A stretch of DNA of 64,000 nt from Patescibacteria group bacterium UBA2105 (GTDB lineage Bacteria; Patescibacteriota; Minisyncoccia; Phycocordibacterales; UBA2100), in contig DCYR01000007.1 of NCBI GenBank assembly GCA_002331495.1, positions 29,689 through 93,688 on the forward strand, in the 5' to 3' direction. Positions 59,374-64,000 of the stretch are shown here, one piece after another. Numbering within the stretch: the first letter of the stretch is position 1; each line of letters opens with the position of its first letter. The position numbers and the translations under genes were made by a program. A model generated the notes under the pieces. It had not been told where the DNA came from. It saw nothing but the letters and a program-made list of their open reading frames with translations, and did no database searches.

Positions 59374-60099
59374 CTATTGGCTGTTAAGAGCGATCTCGAT
59401 GATTTGCTTGACGGCGCTAAACGGTTGCGCTCCCGAAAGCGGGAATGTGTCACCATTTGCAGCGATAACAACGCTCCACGGAGTACCCTGCCCACCGGAA
59501 GCGATGGCATTGTCGACATCATCTTGAATGTGCTGATCATATTTACCGCTTGCCACGCATTCGTCGACGGCAGTTTGAGATAGGCTGAGGTTCGAAATGA
59601 TCTCAGGCAAAACAGTTTCGAGGTCAGTCTGGTTGTTTGAAGGGGTCACTGCGAAAAAGGCGTCAGAAAACTCCCAGAAAGCGTCGTTGCCGGCAAGTTC
59701 CGCCACACACTCTGCCGTAGCAGCTTCTCTTCGGGCTTTTACCGGATGGAGCTGGTCAAGAGGAAAGTGTCGATACACCCACGCCACTTCCCCGCTATCA
59801 CCGTATTCATCCATGACTTGCCTCATGGTCACGTGAAAGCGTTTGCAGAAGGGACATTCGTAGTCGGAGTATTCGACGATTTTTACTGGAGCATCTATGC
59901 TGCCACGAATATGATCTTCGGAAGTGACGGGCCGGACCTGGTCCGTGGTGTCAATAAAGCTCGGGGGCGTTGGTGCAGGCTGCGCACTGGCAACCGGCGC
60001 ACGGGTGTTCCCAAGTGAGAAGAAGAGAGCGGCAGCCACCAAGGCTCCTGCAATCACAATTGCTCCGGGGATCGCATAGTTGACATTATTTGATTGCAT
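59374..60099 (-). CDS. DsbA/BdbD-family thiol-disulfide oxidoreductase
   Basis: DHIRG...APVKIVEYSDYECPFC, YRHFPL, GTP, GAQP. Confidence 0.93.
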   Translation of the reverse strand: MQSNNVNYAIPGAIVIAGALVAAALFFSLGNTRAPVASAQPAPTPPSFIDTTDQVRPVTSEDHIRGSIDAPVKIVEYSDYECPFCKRFHVTMRQVMDEYGDSGEVAWVYRHFPLDQLHPVKARREAATAECVAELAGNDAFWEFSDAFFAVTPSNNQTDLETVLPEIISNLSLSQTAVDECVASGKYDQHIQDDVDNAIASGGQGTPWSVVIAANGDTFPLSGAQPFSAVKQIIEIALNSQ

Positions 60100-60205
60100 A
60101 TCGTTTTCTTTTGTTTGCTAGTAAGACTTATCTTTACGCGTAAGCGTTTCTTTGCGGTAGAGCGTACAAATTCCTCATACGCTCGTCGCGAGTAAATTCC
60201 TAAAG

Positions 60206-60592
60206 TCAGGTGCTCTCGTACAGCCGAGGGTGAATGATGCCGCGACGAAATGCGTCCTGCAGGTCATTGATAATACTCGGTGTCATGCGTATGGCTACGA
60301 CTGTCGCGAATTTATGTAGGCCGGGAGGTTCTCCAACCATTCCCTCAAACAGCGGGCGAGTCGCCAATAAGCTCACTACGGCAAGCAAAAGCAACAAGCC
60401 TCCCACCGGACCTAAGAATTCTCTAGAAACTGGCGAAGAAGCAGCAGACGACGCGTCGCCACACTCTGCAAAAGCCGGTAATGGCACGATCGTGTGATCA
60501 ACAAGGGAAAGCTGCCCGCATGAGAGAATTACTGATACAAAAACAAACAAAGCCCCTACAACAGCCATTTTTTTTCCCAAAGAATATCCCAT
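60206..60592 (-). CDS. Hypothetical small membrane protein
   Basis: Two hydrophobic segments and a C-terminal LQDAFRRGIIHPRLY; TATACT upstream. Confidence 0.55.
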   Translation of the reverse strand: MGYSLGKKMAVVGALFVFVSVILSCGQLSLVDHTIVPLPAFAECGDASSAASSPVSREFLGPVGGLLLLLAVVSLLATRPLFEGMVGEPPGLHKFATVVAIRMTPSIINDLQDAFRRGIIHPRLYEST

Positions 60593-60821
60593 ACTTACAA
60601 TAGAAGTAGTATACCCAAAATAGCTTTTGCAACAAATGACTCCATGCATAACTAACTGAAACGCGTTTCAGATCAATGGCATGTGTGGGGTGAGTGGAGG
60701 TACCAGGGCACCCAAACTCACCGCCCAGAACGGTTAGGAGGTCGCTTTAGGATGCGGTTTCGTAACTTACCTTTCACATGAAGGCTACTACTAGAAAAAC
60801 AGGGAAGTCAAAACGAGGAAA

Positions 60822-61079
60822 TCAGGTCAAAGATTGAAGCTTCTCAACCAGCTTGTCTTTGCTTACACCTCCTGTGGAAAATAGCTCGTCATTAATGATG
60901 ATACCAGGTGATGCCATCACACTGTACTTCTGCACTAACTCCTGACCCTCAGGACTCGCAATGTCAACCTCGGTTACGGTAACTTTGCCTTCAAACTCAG
61001 GTAGCACTTCCTCGAATATTTTTTTAGCCTCGGCACAGTTGTGACATCCAACCATTGTTAGGAAAATGATAGTGTTCAT
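60822..61079 (-). CDS. Thioredoxin/glutaredoxin-like protein
   Basis: GCHNC (CxxC) and V.ASPGIIIND.L cis-Pro loop. Confidence 0.9.
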   Translation of the reverse strand: MNTIIFLTMVGCHNCAEAKKIFEEVLPEFEGKVTVTEVDIASPEGQELVQKYSVMASPGIIINDELFSTGGVSKDKLVEKLQSLT

Positions 61080-61116
61080 AGATAATTCTTATCTGGTAAG
61101 TTAACTAATAATTACG

Positions 61117-62163
61117 TTAAGGTGTTTGCCTCCGCTCCCGACGCCAATAAAAAGCAAGTGGCAAAACAATCAGCCCCAGTAGGGTTATCCAAGACCATGG
61201 CGCAGGTATGTAGTCAGGTGAGTCTGCGTGGTCGTCTACTTCTTCAATGATTACCTGGTCATGTCCATGTTGTTCGGGTGTTCCAGGTTCCTCTTCATGT
61301 TCCTCAATCTCCGCAATGCTACTATTCTCCCCTCCAGAAACCAATTGCACGACTTGATTCCAGCCTTTGTGAAGCACGGTACTTTCATACCATTGGTGTG
61401 ACGTTCCGCTAATAAAGATAAAGGCTCCCAAAATCACAAGGCTGATTCCTGTAATCTTCGATACCAGTGCTGTCTTGCTTGCAATACTGCTCACTGCGTT
61501 TACGCCAAGTATCCCCAAAATTGCCAAAAACAACAATGGAGTTGCTCGTCCTATGCCGTGAATAAACCCTAGCCACCACCCGCTGGCAGCTTCTCCTATA
61601 ACGGCTATGTTCCCAAGAAGAACGTAGAACAGGGGGTTAGGACACCCGACACCGGCATTTCCTAAGAACAAACCAAGGAAGAACGCTTTAAGGTAGTCCC
61701 CCTGGTTTTGTATAAATGCGGGATATGCGCCCCCGTAACTGGGAATGTTAAATCGGATCAGCTTTAACTCAGAGAGCCCAAATATAAAGGCAGAAAGGCC
61801 ACCGATTATAAACAGGATACGGCTCACGGTACCCGCCGAGCTGATCGCGTCGTCTAGACCGAGCGTTCCGCCAAGCAAGCCTACAAAAAGCCCGTACAGT
61901 GAAAGAGTTATAGAAACTCCAAGCCCAAAAAATATGGCCATGAACAGACCTTTCTTGGGTTCCTTGCCCATTGCCAGCGGTACAATCACAAATGCCAGTG
62001 GCAGTGTACACGGGAGTACAATCATGGAAAGCCCGACAACATAGGCAAACGCCACATTCGCCGTCTCCCCAGGGGTCATGAAAAGATAGAACCCTCCTAC
62101 TAACAAGGCTGAAAATAGTATGAAGGCAATAAATACGAGAGTCTTTTTCCAAACGTCTGTCAT
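61117..62163 (-). CDS. CcdA/DsbD-family transmembrane thiol transporter with His/acidic loop
   Basis: LPCTLP and GVGCPNP cysteines, FFLGL.LG, EEHEEE..HGHD..DDH. Confidence 0.85.
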   Translation of the reverse strand: MTDVWKKTLVFIAFILFSALLVGGFYLFMTPGETANVAFAYVVGLSMIVLPCTLPLAFVIVPLAMGKEPKKGLFMAIFFGLGVSITLSLYGLFVGLLGGTLGLDDAISSAGTVSRILFIIGGLSAFIFGLSELKLIRFNIPSYGGAYPAFIQNQGDYLKAFFLGLFLGNAGVGCPNPLFYVLLGNIAVIGEAASGWWLGFIHGIGRATPLLFLAILGILGVNAVSSIASKTALVSKITGISLVILGAFIFISGTSHQWYESTVLHKGWNQVVQLVSGGENSSIAEIEEHEEEPGTPEQHGHDQVIIEEVDDHADSPDYIPAPWSWITLLGLIVLPLAFYWRRERRQTP

Positions 62164-62193
62164 AGCTATTGATGTATTAAAGCAGAAGTATAG

Positions 62194-62685
62194 TTAATTG
62201 TCATTCCCCACATTCCAGACAAATACGCGCTCAGGAATATCTCCGATGTCGCGGGCAACAATAGTCACGCGTTTTGGCTTTGGTTGAATGGATTGGAAGG
62301 CAAGTACAATTTCGCGGTGGTGCCCCCCGGGCGGGTCGCCTTCCCACGAGGTAACAGGATACGTATTGTTCTTGTCATCGAGCAACACGAATGCTTGCGA
62401 TACGTCCATCGACAATTCAACACTGTGCGTGTTCAGTTCAAGTGCAAATTTCCAAAGCCCTTCCCCGCTCTCGCTATCAAAAGTATTAAGCGGCACCAAG
62501 GTAACAGTCACAGCTCCTTCATTGTTCACAAGTTCGGAGAGATCAGTGTTGTCGTCCCTTATCCTTACATCACTTATAACCTCGTTGTCTGGAGGGGTAG
62601 AGATGCTATTTTGCGCGGCCCAAAACCCGAGCAGGGTGAGAAACGCTATTCCGGCTAAAAATAATGAAAATGATGTCTTATTCAT
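62194..62685 (-). CDS. Exported hypothetical protein
   Basis: N-terminal TM; LNTHSVEL and WEGDPPGGHHR histidine motifs. Confidence 0.7.
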   Translation of the reverse strand: MNKTSFSLFLAGIAFLTLLGFWAAQNSISTPPDNEVISDVRIRDDNTDLSELVNNEGAVTVTLVPLNTFDSESGEGLWKFALELNTHSVELSMDVSQAFVLLDDKNNTYPVTSWEGDPPGGHHREIVLAFQSIQPKPKRVTIVARDIGDIPERVFVWNVGNDN

Positions 62686-63136
62686 GGTGCTTGTTGAACG
62701 CTACTATCTTGCTTGCAATATAAAGAATGCCCAGTGCATTTGCCACTAAACCAACCCAAAAAAGTGATATTTGATATTGCGCGATCAATGTAACGAGTCC
62801 TGCAGTTCCAAGAACTGGCAGTATGTTAATCAAGTAATGAGCACAGCACGAAATCATGGCCGCAGTTGAGGTAGTACCTGAAACAGCAACAACACTACCG
62901 CCAGCTTGTTTGTTGTGCACACGCTTTCGTAAATATATGTACAATCCGACTTGAGTCCCAAACCCAAGAGCCAGACTCACGATGAAGAACCAGAAGGTCG
63001 CAAGCTGATCAAGCATGTACTCTTGACCAGAGACGAGTGTTAACACTAAAACATATATTCCGAATAATAACGAAGCCCCGAGAGTGCCCCATAGCAAGCT
63101 TTGTATTAGAGTCAGACGGTGTTCAATATCGGTCAT
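62678..63136 (-). CDS. Four-TM membrane protein with CCAH motif
   Basis: STAAMISCCAH; stop overlaps the start of the next gene. Confidence 0.72.
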   Translation of the reverse strand: MTDIEHRLTLIQSLLWGTLGASLLFGIYVLVLTLVSGQEYMLDQLATFWFFIVSLALGFGTQVGLYIYLRKRVHNKQAGGSVVAVSGTTSTAAMISCCAHYLINILPVLGTAGLVTLIAQYQISLFWVGLVANALGILYIASKIVAFNKHHE

Positions 63137-63163
63137 ATGTTTAGAAAATATCCGAGGGTTCCT

Positions 63164-64000
63164 CTACACCCCGCAACCCGGCCCACTCTGCGGGGCGGTG
63201 GGTTTCATTGCTTGCAGGACATTATTAAACCCATAAGCACTTGAATAGTCTTCGCCAAGTACCAGCTTGGGATCGACATCAGCCCACGCAATTCCTTGGG
63301 CTTCGAAATAGGTTGCTATCGTGTAATAGACACCGGGGAACCAATAGGAGTTTACTTGTAGTGCAACTGTGTACATTTCATCCTCCGATGCTCCCTCAGC
63401 GGCAAGCAGTTCGAGCAGGCCAAGCATGGCCATACCGTGGTTGCAATCTGGGAAATACGTCGAGTTTCCACAGCACGGTCGGTAAATATTTTTTGCTACA
63501 CGCTCGACGAGTTCCTGTTGCTCCTTAGTTAGAGTCACAAATGTATGTGCGCTGTAGTGATCCATTGTGTCGCCAACAGCGAGAGTCCACCCACCAGTAG
63601 AGGCAAAATACTGTGCTCCTCCGTACTGTTCGTCTTGCATAGGCCCCTCTTCAAGAATGCGGTTCTTATTGGAAAGACCAAAAGCCCAGAGCAGATTGAG
63701 TATAATTCCAGAATTTTCAGGATTGATTATGATTCCTTCGTTCTGGGTACCATACAACATGTCTCGAGATTGAGCATCGAGACCTCCTCGTCGTGCATAC
63801 AAATCCTCAAAGGCCTCAGCATCGATTACTCCTTCTTTAACCATTTGTGAACCCAGGGACCCCCATGTAATCGGTAAAGCTACTCCCGCGGAAGGAGTCA
63901 CGATATCCTGATCAATAGGCACCGTTTGCGAGGCGAGAGGCACATCGTTTTTGCTTGCAAGCCTTCCATAGTCCCCCATTACAACAAGGAACACCGCGAT
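63164..64000 (-). CDS. Exported Cys-rich hypothetical protein (5' end outside the window)
   Basis: FASTGGWTL, YRPCCGNSTYFPDCNHGMAMLG, C-terminal GCGV; frame is open to the window edge. Confidence 0.75.
   Translation of the reverse strand: MAVFLVVMGDYGRLASKNDVPLASQTVPIDQDIVTPSAGVALPITWGSLGSQMVKEGVIDAEAFEDLYARRGGLDAQSRDMLYGTQNEGIIINPENSGIILNLLWAFGLSNKNRILEEGPMQDEQYGGAQYFASTGGWTLAVGDTMDHYSAHTFVTLTKEQQELVERVAKNIYRPCCGNSTYFPDCNHGMAMLGLLELLAAEGASEDEMYTVALQVNSYWFPGVYYTIATYFEAQGIAWADVDPKLVLGEDYSSAYGFNNVLQAMKPTAPQSGPGCGV

Overview
Chromosomal window from a reduced-genome bacterium with the gene content and style of Patescibacteria/CPR (Parcubacteria-like; this assignment is an inference). TGA is used as a stop codon, and almost all genes are on the minus strand. 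Core content: scpA (partial), aminoacyl-tRNA synthetases (aspS, trpS, alaS, leuS), grpE-dnaK-dnaJ, the infA-rpmJ-rpsM-rpsK-rpsD-rpoA-rplQ-rplM-rpsI cluster, mnmA, mltG, ychF, truB, an RND pump pair and a complete F1Fo ATP synthase operon. Accessory content: an acyltransferase-hydrolase-methyltransferase-7TM histidine kinase cassette (4.4-8.6 kb, a candidate lipid-signal synthesis and sensing system) and a copper/thiol-redox island (55.2-64 kb). The most unusual non-coding signals are: a promoter-driven ~170-200 nt RNA of five abutting tetraloop-capped hairpins (38.0-38.2 kb); a TrpR-like gene bracketed by two near-identical 20-bp palindromes; two distinct families of palindromic intergenic elements, three copies of which sit in the atp operon; two unannotated micro-ORFs; and recurrent -10 boxes 6-8 nt before start codons, suggesting leaderless mRNAs. 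No rRNA, tRNA, CRISPR array, transposase or prophage was recognised by eye.
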